Origin: Bdellovibrionales bacterium
GTDB lineage: Bacteria > Bdellovibrionota > Bdellovibrionia > Bdellovibrionales > UBA1609
NCBI GenBank assembly: GCA_041690295.1
Contig: JAWLHR010000001.1
Location: 192,001 to 256,000, forward strand
DNA length: 64,000 nt
Direction: 5' to 3'
Shown: piece after piece, positions 49,866 through 60,488 of the stretch
How the letters are laid out: every line of letters starts with the position of its first letter
Numbering within the stretch: position 1 is the first letter of the stretch
Made by a program: the position numbers and the translations under genes
The notes under the pieces: model-generated
Database searches by the model: none
Told to the model about the DNA's origin: nothing
What the model saw: the letters and a program-made list of their open reading frames with translations, nothing else

Positions 49866-51696
49866 AGAGCAGGAAATAATCCTTCAGCTCGCGGCGGAGA
49901 TCACAGGTTTGGTGCCGACGGCCAAGACTCCGCCCACCGCGATTTTCGCGAATGTGGAGCGGCGAATGGCGGAGCTGGGAATTTCCTCGGTCGTGAAATA
50001 CCTCCAGCACGTGGATAAACATCCCGAGGAACACAGCCATCTCGTTTCGGCCTTGACCATTCACACGACGTCCTGGTTTCGCGAAAATCCCCACTTCGTG
50101 ATTTTTCAGGAAATGCTACTGGACACCGTCAAAAAGAATGAAACGTTCAAACTTTGGTGCGCCGCCTGTTCCACCGGTGAAGAAGTTTACTCCTTTGGTC
50201 TCATTCTTGAGGAATTTCGACGGGTGCATCCCGGATTCGATTACCGGATCCTTGGAACCGATATCGACCCGGTGTCCGTGGCCAGCGCCAAGCGGGCCAT
50301 TTATCCTAAAAAACAAATCGATTTTCACTTGAGCCGCTACAAACGCCACCTGCTGGAGGGCTCCGGTAAAACCGAAGGGTTGTTCACGGTATCCAAAGCC
50401 ATTCGTGATCGGTGTCAGTTCCGGATTCATGACTTGCGTTCGCCGCAATTGCTTGAAGAAGGGCCTTTTCACGCCTGTGTTTGCCGAAATGTTTTGATTT
50501 ATTTCCCCAATGAAACAGTGAACCTGGTGGTGGGCAATTTAGTGCGAAATCTGAAAAGCATGGGCCGGCTGTTATTGGGCCACAGCGAATCCGTTCCCAC
50601 CAGCGAACACGGACTCACTTCCGAAGGCCATTCCGTCTATATGAAGCGGCCGCCGAACCAAAGGGGTGAATCGAAGCCGACGACCAAGTACCGCATACTC
50701 AGTGTGGACGACTCATTAATGGCGAGAAAGTTTTTGGAAAAGACGTTCACCAATATGGGCTTTGAATCTATCACGGTGGCTTCCGGCTCCGAGGCCACCA
50801 ACTATTTAAATTTCAACGACGTTGACCTGGTCACACTGGATCTGCATATGCCGGATGTTTCCGGAGACAAATGGCTGGCTTCCGAACGGAGCGAAGGACT
50901 CCGAACTCCCGTCGTGATCATCAGCGAAACTCGAAGTGGCGAAGCCGCCGATGTGGTGAAGCTTCTCTCCCTTGGCGCCGATCATTTCATCGAGAAAAGT
51001 AAATTGTCCGAGAATCCCTTGGCCCTTAAAGAAACTCTTTTGGAGCTGATCCGCTCCGGTTTGAATTCGCGCTCAAAACCAGCGGTGCAAAGAAAAAACG
51101 CACCACCCAAGCAGCGTCCGCGGCTGATTATGATTGGTGCCAGTACCGGCGGTCCTCAGGCGTTGGTCAAAGTGCTGCAGAATATGCCCGCGGACGTGCC
51201 GCCGATCGTGATTACCCAACATATTTCACCAAAATTCGCTCGTCCTTTGGCCGAGCGACTTTCCGAAGTCTCAGGCTTGAGACTTGGCCCCAGCGAAGAT
51301 CACACCCGTCTGCTGCCAGGCCATATATATATGAGTTTCGGGGACTATCACTTGGGGATTGAAGAAGAAGACGAGGCTTTGATTTTACGGACTTCCACGG
51401 CGCCGCCGTTCAATGGCCATCGTCCCAGCGTGGACCACATGTTCAACTCCGTGATCGGATTGGAAGGGCCGTTGATGGCGATTCTGTTAACTGGCATGGG
51501 TCGCGACGGCTCCCTTGGACTTCGCTTTCTCCATAAGGAAGGTGTTTACTGCGTGGCTCAAAGCGAAGAGGATTGCGTGGTGTATGGCATGCCCCGCGAG
51601 GCCATTGAGCGTGGAGCGGTCAACTTCGTGGGCAATCTCGACGACATCCGCAATTTAATTATTAACGCCGTGAAACTCACCCGCGCGGCTTCATGA
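49852..51696 (+). CDS. CheR-REC-CheB fusion protein
   Basis: CheR ([37 protein letters not shown]), REC (SVDD, DLHMP), CheB ([21 protein letters not shown]). Confidence 0.92.
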   Translation: MISPKEQEIILQLAAEITGLVPTAKTPPTAIFANVERRMAELGISSVVKYLQHVDKHPEEHSHLVSALTIHTTSWFRENPHFVIFQEMLLDTVKKNETFKLWCAACSTGEEVYSFGLILEEFRRVHPGFDYRILGTDIDPVSVASAKRAIYPKKQIDFHLSRYKRHLLEGSGKTEGLFTVSKAIRDRCQFRIHDLRSPQLLEEGPFHACVCRNVLIYFPNETVNLVVGNLVRNLKSMGRLLLGHSESVPTSEHGLTSEGHSVYMKRPPNQRGESKPTTKYRILSVDDSLMARKFLEKTFTNMGFESITVASGSEATNYLNFNDVDLVTLDLHMPDVSGDKWLASERSEGLRTPVVIISETRSGEAADVVKLLSLGADHFIEKSKLSENPLALKETLLELIRSGLNSRSKPAVQRKNAPPKQRPRLIMIGASTGGPQALVKVLQNMPADVPPIVITQHISPKFARPLAERLSEVSGLRLGPSEDHTRLLPGHIYMSFGDYHLGIEEEDEALILRTSTAPPFNGHRPSVDHMFNSVIGLEGPLMAILLTGMGRDGSLGLRFLHKEGVYCVAQSEEDCVVYGMPREAIERGAVNFVGNLDDIRNLIINAVKLTRAAS

Positions 51697-52353
51697 TGGG
51701 CCCACGCTGAATCGGCCAACGCGAAGCTTGCGAACAATAACGATCGCCAAAATCAAGACGATGATGACCGCGATCACCATTTTGAATTGCTTTATATATT
51801 CAAGAATGGCTTCGCCATAAAAGGCCACGAGCAAAATTTGCGTGGGAACGGTCAGAAGAGCCGCGGTGCCATCAACCAGCCAGAATTTCCATTGCGGCAG
51901 GCGCGCCAGACCACAAGCGAGGTGACCGGGAAACCGTAAGCCCGGCGTAAAGCGAAAAACTCCCGCCATCCACGCCCCATATTTTTGAATCAGACTTTCG
52001 GCCCGTTTGAAGACCGCGCTCTCAACCAAGCGTTTGAGCTTTTCGGACCGGCGCAAATAATACCCGCCGAAACGGCCAAGCCAATAAATAAGCAGATCAC
52101 TTAAGAACACCGCGAGAAAGCTGACGACCGCCAAAGTGTACGGATTCACCGGTTCAGCGCCGGGATAAGGCGGTGGATAATCCTCGGGGTGCAAAGCAAA
52201 ATGACCCACGATACCGGCGGCGATCAAAGTCACCTCTTCCGGTATGGGAAGACCGAAACTTGAGGCCGTTAACATGGCGAAGATGAACCCATAAACCAAC
52301 CATGGTTCATAAGCATAAGCCGTCAAGAGCTCGATGATTTCTTGCTGGGACAT
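51691..52353 (-). CDS. DedA family membrane protein
   Basis: GLPIPEE, SDLLIYWLGR, RFTPGLR. Confidence 0.9.
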   Translation of the reverse strand: MSQQEIIELLTAYAYEPWLVYGFIFAMLTASSFGLPIPEEVTLIAAGIVGHFALHPEDYPPPYPGAEPVNPYTLAVVSFLAVFLSDLLIYWLGRFGGYYLRRSEKLKRLVESAVFKRAESLIQKYGAWMAGVFRFTPGLRFPGHLACGLARLPQWKFWLVDGTAALLTVPTQILLVAFYGEAILEYIKQFKMVIAVIIVLILAIVIVRKLRVGRFSVGPS

Positions 52354-52532
52354 GAATTATGAGGTTAGCAGTTGGTGTGTTAGACAGGCCAGTGAATCAT
52401 TCTCTGATGCGGCTTTTCGCAAGCTTAGGTCCAGATGGCCAAAGGCCACCGCGCGTGGCCATCGACCCAGTTCGAGAAGACTGATCGCTCATTTCGCGGT
52501 GAGGCCCCGAGCCAGCCTTGATGTGAACCGCA

Positions 52533-52552
52533 ACAAGTCCCGGGACCAGTTC
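52533..52552 (+). repeat. 20-bp direct repeat, copy 1 (ACAAGTCCCGGGACCAGTTC)
   Basis: Identical to 53361..53380; palindromic core GTCCCGGGAC. Confidence 0.9.
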
Positions 52553-52590
52553 ACTGCGGGCTGATGTGCCTATCGATTGAATAAAACGAC

Positions 52591-53289
52591 TCAATGGCTA
52601 GGTTTTTCAAAAACCGCGAGGATTCCAACAAATCCCTTTTCGCGAGCTTCCTCTACTTTTCTGTCGAAGTAGTTTTTAAAAAACGGCTCACGCCGAAAAA
52701 TCCATTTAGCCACGTACATATTAATTGAACTGGCGATGCTGAATAGGTTCCCGTGAACGACCATCTTTGTCGTGGCAAACCCTGCGGCCGATGACAGGGC
52801 TTGGAGCTGATCAAGAGAGTAATGCCGATGTCCGATGAGCCACCATGCGGGATCGCCGACGCAACTCCAAAAACCTTTAAAAGGCGTAGAAAGATAAAGT
52901 CGCCCGATCGGTTTAAGAACTCGATGGATCTCCGAGAAAAAGATGTTCTCCGTATTCTTCGGAATATGCTCAATCACTTCCCACGCCGATATCGTGTCAA
53001 AGTGATGATCCGGAAACGGAAGTTTTAGAACATTCGCCACCATGAACTCCGCCCGAGGATCTCGAATGTGTTGTTTCGCCGTTTGAATGTCCGCTTCCGT
53101 AATATCGAGACCCACAACTCGGCGTGGCTCGAACTCAAGGACCGTTAGAACAAAGCTGCCAAAGCCACAACCGACATCCAAAACCAATTTGTTAGTGAAA
53201 TCTTCGACCTGGACAAAATCGCGGATCAGACGGGGAAAACCTCGCTGGCTTGTGTAGCTTTCCGGTGTTAGATGCAAAATGTTTCGCAT
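52591..53289 (-). CDS. Class I SAM-dependent methyltransferase
   Basis: VLDVGCGFG, GLD, LPFPDHHFD, EVIEHI, RVLKPIG. Confidence 0.9.
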   Translation of the reverse strand: MRNILHLTPESYTSQRGFPRLIRDFVQVEDFTNKLVLDVGCGFGSFVLTVLEFEPRRVVGLDITEADIQTAKQHIRDPRAEFMVANVLKLPFPDHHFDTISAWEVIEHIPKNTENIFFSEIHRVLKPIGRLYLSTPFKGFWSCVGDPAWWLIGHRHYSLDQLQALSSAAGFATTKMVVHGNLFSIASSINMYVAKWIFRREPFFKNYFDRKVEEAREKGFVGILAVFEKPSH

Positions 53290-53360
53290 GGATTAATGAT
53301 AACGAGCCAGCGTCCCCGGGGCAGCCGGTAATTGACATTTTCTACCTTCAATTAAGGTCC

Positions 53361-53380
53361 ACAAGTCCCGGGACCAGTTC
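53361..53380 (+). repeat. 20-bp direct repeat, copy 2
   Basis: Identical to 52533..52552. Confidence 0.9.
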
Positions 53381-53464
53381 TGTTTTCAATCTAAGGGTGC
53401 ATTTGAGGTTCTCCCAATTACAAGTTGAATGAAAAGTGAGGGCGATTAAGCCTCAGGCTAGGTT

Positions 53465-53526
53465 TTTGGTAGGGACTGCCGGGATCGAACCGACGACATC
53501 CACCTTGTAAGGGTGGCGCTCTACCA
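53465..53526 (-). repeat. 62-bp duplicate of the tRNA-Val 3' part (att-like site)
   Basis: Identical to 55446..55507; lacks the first 16 nt of the tRNA. Confidence 0.95.
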
Positions 53527-54175
53527 GATCACAAGATTTTGAAGGGATTGCGGCGAGATTGGGGCAGTCATTTAAGATGTACGGCATGGTCCTCCCTGCG
53601 CTTTGCGAGGAGGACGTGTCTTAGGCCGCCAGGTGGCGGACGACGACTAGGATTAACGGGCAGGTACCCCACACATAGCAGCATCGCTTCGCGTAACCTA
53701 CCCACCTGTGCTTGGCCGAAGCCACCAGAGACAGCGTGTGGTTGTGCCTCAGGTATTGGACGCTCAGCCCTTTAGCATCTTGCTGAAGCACTTGATGGGC
53801 GTGCGCGACCTAGGGCAGCAAGCGAGCAGAAGAATGTGCCTGCCGGGCCCATCATTGCGCCAGCGCCGAGAATGATAGTCACGGTGGTGGCAGGATTCTC
53901 GGCCATCTCCTTTAGCGCCGGTTTCAGGGGACCAAAGAAAACCCCAAACGCCACGCTAGTGAGCGTTATCAATCCTGCGATTTTGGCGTCGGCGAGTTTG
54001 CCTTCATAGCAGCGCTCGAATGACTGAGAAGTACATCAAGAAGAAGTATCCAAAGAGCCTTATGGCGTGGGCAAAGACGAAAAATCAATCTGGCTGAAGA
54101 TTTGACACCAAAAATGGCATTCCACATGCAGATGATCTTTGAATGCCAAATGTTCTGGAAACGAGGTAAACGGAT

Positions 54176-55153
54176 ATGCGATCAGTCGTCATTTGTCTCC
54201 TTTTGACAGTCACCTGCCATGCATATGGTGCCGATAATGGTCACTCCTGGATTGGCTTTAAACAGTCAAATGATCCCGCTATTCCAGAAGCGATTCGGAA
54301 GGCCGCTGAATCCGTCTTTCAAATTGTCTATCCGCATGGTGTACCTGAAGTAAAAGATGTTTCTGGAATCGATGTTAAGACAATGTCCACCGCCGATGGC
54401 GAGTGGTTTAAAATTGTTCAAGTCAAAGTCTGTCAAAATCAAAAAATTAAGAACTGTCCCATCATGCCGAAGATGTACACGGGCACGGCATTCCTGGTAC
54501 GTGACGGGCAAACTGTAGCAACAAACCTGCACAACATTCAGTCTTGGCTCTACTACGCCAAAAAACATAATCCTGAAATCTCTGTCGAGGACGTCCAGGC
54601 GCCAATTTTACTCCTCGATGAAAATCAAGATCTTGCGTTCAGCCCAATACAAACTGAATTTACGCTGAAGTTATCATACTACAACAAAGCCGCGGCTATT
54701 TTCTCACAAGAATATCCATGGAATGGTGGAGACAGCATGGTGCTATTCAGAGTCAGCGATTACGTCGAATTACGTGCAAGTGTCGTCTCTGATCGTACGC
54801 CTTTAAAGCTGGGCAAGATCACTGATCGGAATGAACCTCTGTATATGGTTGGTTTTCCCAACCCTACGAATGTGTTCGCACAGCACGGAGGAATAGATTC
54901 GCCGGGCTATGGGCGATGGACTTCGGTAGGTAACTTGCTGCCTAGAACTAACCTTATGAACATTAACATCCTGACATCAAATCCAGCAGCACCAGGATCG
55001 AGTGGTAGCCCATTGCTCAACCTCAAAGGCGAGGTTGTAGCCATCTTATTTGCGGGTGACAGTACCAACGTGGGCGGTGTATTGCGTACTGAAGCACAGT
55101 ACCTGCAGGTTGATCCAATTCAGATGCAAAGCGTTTGGCGGCAGTTCCAGTAA
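54176..55153 (+). CDS. Secreted trypsin-like serine protease
   Basis: Signal peptide, GTAF, TNLH (His), SDY (Asp), PGSSGSP (Ser). Confidence 0.88.
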   Translation: MRSVVICLLLTVTCHAYGADNGHSWIGFKQSNDPAIPEAIRKAAESVFQIVYPHGVPEVKDVSGIDVKTMSTADGEWFKIVQVKVCQNQKIKNCPIMPKMYTGTAFLVRDGQTVATNLHNIQSWLYYAKKHNPEISVEDVQAPILLLDENQDLAFSPIQTEFTLKLSYYNKAAAIFSQEYPWNGGDSMVLFRVSDYVELRASVVSDRTPLKLGKITDRNEPLYMVGFPNPTNVFAQHGGIDSPGYGRWTSVGNLLPRTNLMNINILTSNPAAPGSSGSPLLNLKGEVVAILFAGDSTNVGGVLRTEAQYLQVDPIQMQSVWRQFQ

Positions 55154-55447
55154 TTCGACTTCAAGTTAGAATCTAGGCTTATTAGGAGCCTTAGGGCTGA
55201 GTAGTAACGAGGCGTTCAAAAAACGCTCATGTTTCGCTTCAGCTTCTACTTTTTGTTTCGCTCGCGCCACTCGTGTCCGGCTCGCTTCGATGACATCAGG
55301 CAGATTTAAACATTCATGAATAGAGATCGCCCACTTTAACCCGTCAGGTATATCGGCGTATTTAAGATTGCGTTTGGAGAAGCCAAGGACTTTGCCCATC
55401 GCTCTACCAATTTCACATTTCGATTTGTTTTGTGATTTCAAGAAGTT

Positions 55448-55523
55448 TGGTAGGGACTGCCGGGATCGAACCGACGACATCCACCTTGTAAGGGTGGCGC
55501 TCTACCAACTGAGCTAAGTCCCT
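55448..55523 (-). tRNA. tRNA-Val (TAC)
   Basis: AGGGACTTAGCTCAGTTGGTAGAGCGCCACCCTTACAAGGTGGATGTCGTCGGTTCGATCCCGGCAGTCCCTACCA; 76-nt cloverleaf with CCA. Confidence 0.97.
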
Positions 55524-55577
55524 AAAAAGAGCGCATAAATTACATAAGCGCGCCCTTCTTGTCGACAGGAATATTTT

Positions 55578-56087
55578 CTATTCTTCCAGCTCTTCGATCG
55601 GTTGCCGAACCAGGCGGAACTGGGTCCGGTTCGTGTGATCCGAATACATCTCTTCGATGGTCAGGATGGGCACCAACTGGCTGATTTGGCAGTTGAAATT
55701 CTTATTGAAATGAAATTTCAACGAGGCCTTCATCGGCTGCACTTCTTCCGCCCGGGGCCACAGGTAAATGCTGATGTACCGGGACCGGGGCCAAAGAAAG
55801 GACCATCCGTCGGAAAGAAGCGTGCCCCGCGGGCTGTAACGGGAGATCTGCATCGTTCCCATTCCGTAGTACTCACCAACCGTGATCTTGATCTCAACGG
55901 TGTCTTGATCCGTCCGCCCCTTCAGAACATAGGTTCCATCGAGCGCGGCCCACTCCGCCGGGCACCCTTCAGCCCAAGGAAACGGCCACGGCAGCGGCAA
56001 TCCTTCCGCATAAGGCCGGAATTCTTCGGCCCAAGCCAATTGGCCCGCCAACACTATGCCAAGAATGCAGATCAGCTTTTTGATCAT
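55578..56087 (-). CDS. Hypothetical secreted protein
   Basis: GAGGGAG SD, signal peptide ending AWA, PLPWPFPWA motif. Confidence 0.75.
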   Translation of the reverse strand: MIKKLICILGIVLAGQLAWAEEFRPYAEGLPLPWPFPWAEGCPAEWAALDGTYVLKGRTDQDTVEIKITVGEYYGMGTMQISRYSPRGTLLSDGWSFLWPRSRYISIYLWPRAEEVQPMKASLKFHFNKNFNCQISQLVPILTIEEMYSDHTNRTQFRLVRQPIEELEE

Positions 56088-56097
56088 GTCCGCTCCC

Positions 56098-57219
56098 TCA
56101 TTGTTCGATGGATACCTTCGCATTGCGATTCAAGTAGTACCCATTTTTCGCGCGGTAAATGTACTTGGGCTTATCGAAATCCGGCTCAATCAACTGACGC
56201 AACCGCTTGATGGTCACGTAAATCTTATTGTCATGAACCGAAGGATCGTACTCCTGTTTCCATACCGCTTTGACTAATGCTTCTTTTGAATAGACTTCGC
56301 CGGGGTTTCGCAAAAAGAGCTTTAAGAGATCCAACAGGATGAATTGGTTCTTGAAGTCTATTTTCCCTTTTTTACGTTCAATTAATGAATTTGAAGTTGA
56401 ATGAAAGACGAGGTCAAAATGATTTTCGCCTTTTCCTGATATTTTTCGGTTAAGTTCATCAATTTTGCGTAAAAGAAAAACAAAATTGTTCGGGTCAGCC
56501 ATCTGCTGCGCCAATCTCAGGTAAGTTCTCGCCAGATCCGTGTCACCGGCTTCCGCGTACGCATACCCCATGGCGAAAAGTAAACTCACATAGGTGTAAA
56601 GGTTCTTCTGGTTTTTAAGAGCCTCAAAGGCTTTCCAGAAAAGCTCCAGCGCCTCGTCATAACGTTTCATGCTGACGAGAATGTAGCCGTTCAAAATCTG
56701 CGACGAGACTTCGAGATCGTGAAGTTTCAAAACCTGGAAGAAAACGCGAAGATTGTAGAGCTCTTTTAAAGCATCATCTGTCCGTCCGAGGCTCCAATAA
56801 ACCGCCGCCAAACCGTGAATCGCGTAACACATGTCCTCTTTCGAGTCCTTGGACAAAGCCAGCGCCAAGGCCCGCTCAAGATGTTCAAGCGCTTTAGCGA
56901 ACTCACCCCGGTAAGAGGCGACCAAAGCCAATGTGTAGTGCGTTGTACTGTTCAATTCGATGTTTTCTTTGACGACGTATTCGTTCAGCTTGTCCTTGAT
57001 GGACTGTATGCCTTTCTGGTTCTCCATTTCGGCATACATCCTAAGCATCAGCGTCTGACACTTGATGAAAAGGGTGTGTTCGCGGGCGTCAGCGTAAAGT
57101 TTCGCCGCGTCTTCAAGTTTTTCTATGGAACCTTTGAAATCCCCGAGTTCCCATTTGAGCTTACCCAGCTCAAACAGTTCCCCCGCGATTGATTTGGCAC
57201 GGTCACTCTTGGCGTCCAA
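56098..57219 (-). CDS. TPR + C-terminal OmpR-like winged-helix regulator
   Basis: TPR helices; YSKEALVKAVW...IYVTIKRLRQLIEPD...PKYI...GYYL. Confidence 0.85.
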   Translation of the reverse strand: MDAKSDRAKSIAGELFELGKLKWELGDFKGSIEKLEDAAKLYADAREHTLFIKCQTLMLRMYAEMENQKGIQSIKDKLNEYVVKENIELNSTTHYTLALVASYRGEFAKALEHLERALALALSKDSKEDMCYAIHGLAAVYWSLGRTDDALKELYNLRVFFQVLKLHDLEVSSQILNGYILVSMKRYDEALELFWKAFEALKNQKNLYTYVSLLFAMGYAYAEAGDTDLARTYLRLAQQMADPNNFVFLLRKIDELNRKISGKGENHFDLVFHSTSNSLIERKKGKIDFKNQFILLDLLKLFLRNPGEVYSKEALVKAVWKQEYDPSVHDNKIYVTIKRLRQLIEPDFDKPKYIYRAKNGYYLNRNAKVSIEQ

Positions 57220-57292
57220 ATCTGCCCCCCTTTGCTTTTTTTTATTTCACTCCGTCTAAATTTCACAAGAGAATCTCTGGGAGAGCCCGTGG

Positions 57293-57883
57293 TTGTGGGT
57301 TTTACAGGGTTTTACAGTAACACGTGGCGCAAGCTTTACATCGAGGTGTGCTCTGATCATTAGAAGTTTACGTGAGTCTGAGCCGTCGGCCGTACGCCCG
57401 CTTATACGTGACATTTTTTTTCTTTCTGCTGATCCGCGCAATGTCAGTGACGACGAAGACAAGAACGAAGCCTTTTTTAAAAAATGGACCGATTATTATC
57501 TGACTCGGGAGCCCGAGAACACGCTCCTGGCTTGGATCGGCGACCGCATGGCCGGTTATCTGAGTGCCGGAGATAGCTTTAAAGCCCTACCCTATTACGA
57601 ATCCGTCAATCCGAGCTTTTCACTTTTCTCCGATCTCTTTGAAAAGTATCCGGTTCATTTGCATATGAATTGCCACCCGGATTTCCGCGGCCAGGGCGTG
57701 GGTGGCGCGCTCATCGAACACTTAGTGCGAAAGCTCAAAGAGAAAAACACGCCGGGAGTTCATCTCGTCACTTCGCCCGGCCTTAGAAACGTCGGTTTTT
57801 ATACGAAAAACGGTTTCGATTTTCAGCTCGTCCGCGAGTGGAAATCGAAACCGCTTTTATTCATGGGTCGCGCGCTAGACTAG
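57293..57883 (+). CDS. GNAT family acetyltransferase (start uncertain, probably near 57350)
   Basis: [27 protein letters not shown]. Confidence 0.8.
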   Translation: MWVLQGFTVTRGASFTSRCALIIRSLRESEPSAVRPLIRDIFFLSADPRNVSDDEDKNEAFFKKWTDYYLTREPENTLLAWIGDRMAGYLSAGDSFKALPYYESVNPSFSLFSDLFEKYPVHLHMNCHPDFRGQGVGGALIEHLVRKLKEKNTPGVHLVTSPGLRNVGFYTKNGFDFQLVREWKSKPLLFMGRALD

Positions 57884-60321
57884 TGCGTTTGTTGCGTGTG
57901 GCCGGTGTACTGCGCCTTAAGCCCCGAGCCACGATCGTTGCGGAATTTGAAAATCTCTTTGGCATGTTTCACGTCGAGCGCGTTCACCAGCACCTGATCG
58001 ACATGATCGACCAAGATGATCTTCAAATCCTTGGCGATCTCCTTCGGAATATCCTTGAGATCTTTCTCGTTTTCCTTGGGCACGATCACCGTGCGGATGC
58101 CTCCGCGGTGGGCGGCGAGAATTTTCTCTTTAAGCCCGCCGATCGCCAGTACTCGTCCACGTAAAGTCACTTCACCGGTCATCGCCACATGGCGCTTAAC
58201 CGGTGTGCGCATCAACGACGACACGATACTGGTTGTGATCGCGATTCCCGCCGACGGACCATCTTTGGGAATCGCCCCTTCGGGCACGTGAATGTGCACA
58301 TCGGTGTTCGCGAAATATTCTTTGTCTATGCCGAAGAGCGGTCCCCGTGAACGCACGTAACTCATGGCCGCGGAGCACGACTCTTTCATCACGTCGCCCA
58401 GCTGTCCGGTCACGGTGAACTTGCCTTTACCGGGCACAACCGAGACTTCCACGACCAACAAGTCGCCGCCCACTTCGGTCCAAGCCAAACCGTTGGTGAG
58501 ACCGATCTCGTTGGCGCCCTCGATCTTACCGAACTTGAATTTGTTCTGACCGAGGTAATCCACCACCTTCTTCGGCGTGATTTGGTACGACGATGATTTA
58601 GTGCGCTTCGAGCTGCTCTTCATTTCTTCGCGAACGATATCTTTAGCGAGTTTACGGCAAACGGTCGCGATCTGGCGCTCAAGATTCCTCACTCCCGCCT
58701 CACGGGTGTAAGAGCGGATGATTTCCTTGATGGCCGGCTCGGTGAAGGTCACCTTGCGGTCTTTAAGACCATGCATCTCGATCTGCTTGGGAATCAGATA
58801 GCGTTTGGCGATATTGAATTTCTCGCTCTCCGTGTATCCCTCAAGTTGAATGACTTCCATCCGGTCGAGAAGCGGACGCGGAATCGGATGCAACGAGTTC
58901 GCCGTGGTGATGAACATCACGGGCGAGAGATCGTAATCGACTTCCAGATAGTGGTCTTGGAAGGCGTTGTTTTGTTCCGGATCCAACACCTCAAGCAAAG
59001 CCGCCGATGGATCGCCACGGAAATCCATGCTCATCTTATCGACTTCGTCGAGAAGGATCAGCGGATTGCCTTTATCAACCTTCCGCATGGCCTGAATGAT
59101 TTTACCGGGCATGGCGCCGACGTAGGTTTTGCGGTGACCGCGGATTTCCGCTTCATCACGCACACCGCCCAACGAAATCCGCGTGAACGGACGGTTCAAT
59201 GAACGCGCCACGGACCGGGCAAGAGAGGTTTTACCGACACCGGGCGGTCCCACCAAACAAAGGATCGGGCCACGCAGCTTATCGGTCAGCGATTGCACGG
59301 CCAGGTGTTCGAGGATCCGCTCTTTAACTTTTTCCAATCCCCAGTGGTCTTCGTCGAGAATCCGCTCGGCTTCGGCGATATCGTGCTTTTCTTCCGCATA
59401 GTCTTTCCACGGAAGATCCAACATCCAATCGATGTAGTTGCGCACCACCGTGGCTTCGGCGCTCATCGGCGACATCATGCGCAGCTTTTTAATTTCCTTG
59501 CGCACGCGCTCGGCGGCTTCTTTGGTCCACTTCTTCTTGGAGGCGCGCTCTTCCAACTCCTGCAGCTCGGCCTGGTAGTCGTCCTTCTCGCCAAGCTCCT
59601 TCTGAATCGCCTGCATCTGCTCGTTGAGGTAGTACTCTTTCTGCGATTTCTCCATCTGCTTTTTGACCCGGTTGCGGATCTTTTTCTCGACTTCGAGAAT
59701 TTCGATCTCACTGGTCATCAAATTGAGCAGCTCCTCAAGGCGCTGGCCCGGATCAAAGATCTCGAGAATTTTCTGTTTGTCTTCGAGCTTCAAGTTGAGT
59801 TGGGCAACGATGATGTCGGCCAATTCCCCGATCTCATCGATGGTTGAAACCCGCATCAGGATTTCCGGCGGAATCCGCTTGTTGAGTTTCACATAAGTTT
59901 CAAATGTTGATTTCACCGAACGAACCAAAGCTTTGGCTTCGGTTTCATTGCTGATGGTCTCAACGATGTCCTCGCAATCGACCATGAAGAAGCCATCGAC
60001 TTGCACGAAGTCTTTGATGCGAACCCGGCGTTTGCCTTCGACCAGAACTTTCACCGTGCCGTCGGGAAGACGCAATAACTGGATGATCGTGCCCACGGTG
60101 CCCACGGAGTAAATGTCGCGCGGTTCGGGATTATTCGTCTTCGCGTCCCGTTGGGCCGCCAAAACGATATCCGTTTGTTTGCTCATCGCTTCTTCCAAAG
60201 CGTTGATGCTTTTTTCACGACCGACGAACAATGGCATCATCATGTGCGGAAAAATGATCAAGTCGCGAAGCGGGAGCAACGGTAACTTTTGTGTACCGGT
60301 TGAGCCAGGCGTGGCACTCAT
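57880..60321 (-). CDS. lon: ATP-dependent protease La
   Basis: [39 protein letters not shown]. Confidence 0.98.
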   Translation of the reverse strand: MSATPGSTGTQKLPLLPLRDLIIFPHMMMPLFVGREKSINALEEAMSKQTDIVLAAQRDAKTNNPEPRDIYSVGTVGTIIQLLRLPDGTVKVLVEGKRRVRIKDFVQVDGFFMVDCEDIVETISNETEAKALVRSVKSTFETYVKLNKRIPPEILMRVSTIDEIGELADIIVAQLNLKLEDKQKILEIFDPGQRLEELLNLMTSEIEILEVEKKIRNRVKKQMEKSQKEYYLNEQMQAIQKELGEKDDYQAELQELEERASKKKWTKEAAERVRKEIKKLRMMSPMSAEATVVRNYIDWMLDLPWKDYAEEKHDIAEAERILDEDHWGLEKVKERILEHLAVQSLTDKLRGPILCLVGPPGVGKTSLARSVARSLNRPFTRISLGGVRDEAEIRGHRKTYVGAMPGKIIQAMRKVDKGNPLILLDEVDKMSMDFRGDPSAALLEVLDPEQNNAFQDHYLEVDYDLSPVMFITTANSLHPIPRPLLDRMEVIQLEGYTESEKFNIAKRYLIPKQIEMHGLKDRKVTFTEPAIKEIIRSYTREAGVRNLERQIATVCRKLAKDIVREEMKSSSKRTKSSSYQITPKKVVDYLGQNKFKFGKIEGANEIGLTNGLAWTEVGGDLLVVEVSVVPGKGKFTVTGQLGDVMKESCSAAMSYVRSRGPLFGIDKEYFANTDVHIHVPEGAIPKDGPSAGIAITTSIVSSLMRTPVKRHVAMTGEVTLRGRVLAIGGLKEKILAAHRGGIRTVIVPKENEKDLKDIPKEIAKDLKIILVDHVDQVLVNALDVKHAKEIFKFRNDRGSGLKAQYTGHTQQTH

Positions 60322-60405
60322 TCAGTTCTCCTCGTCTAGGTTTTGATGGATGCTGCAACGGCCGCCCTAGCCGGCCTTTGCCGCATGGACTCCACCCTTG
60401 AACTC

Positions 60406-60434
60406 ATTTTGAGGCCAAACCGGAACTCCGTCAA
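60406..60434 (-). promoter_or_regulatory. Sigma-70-like promoter for lon
   Basis: TTGACG-N17-CAAAAT. Confidence 0.55.
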
Positions 60435-60488
60435 AGTAAGATTTTACTCGGCGATCGGCCGCGAAGGTCGCCCTTTGCGGCGCTCTGG

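Larger units (their letters stand above)
53465..55507. mobile_element. Small genomic islet integrated at tRNA-Val, no integrase
   Basis: Bounded by the 62-bp tRNA repeats; visibly more AT-rich than the flanks. Confidence 0.8.

Noticed and set aside
52397..52594. 65-aa ORF between the methyltransferase and dedA
   Set aside because: It spans the 20-bp repeat and hairpins and has no protein-like features.
53465..53526. Second functional tRNA-Val
   Set aside because: It lacks the first 16 nt (5' acceptor strand and D-stem); treated as an att duplicate.
53539..54060. Short ORFs in the left part of the islet
   Set aside because: No SD or motifs and interrupted frames; at most degraded fragments.
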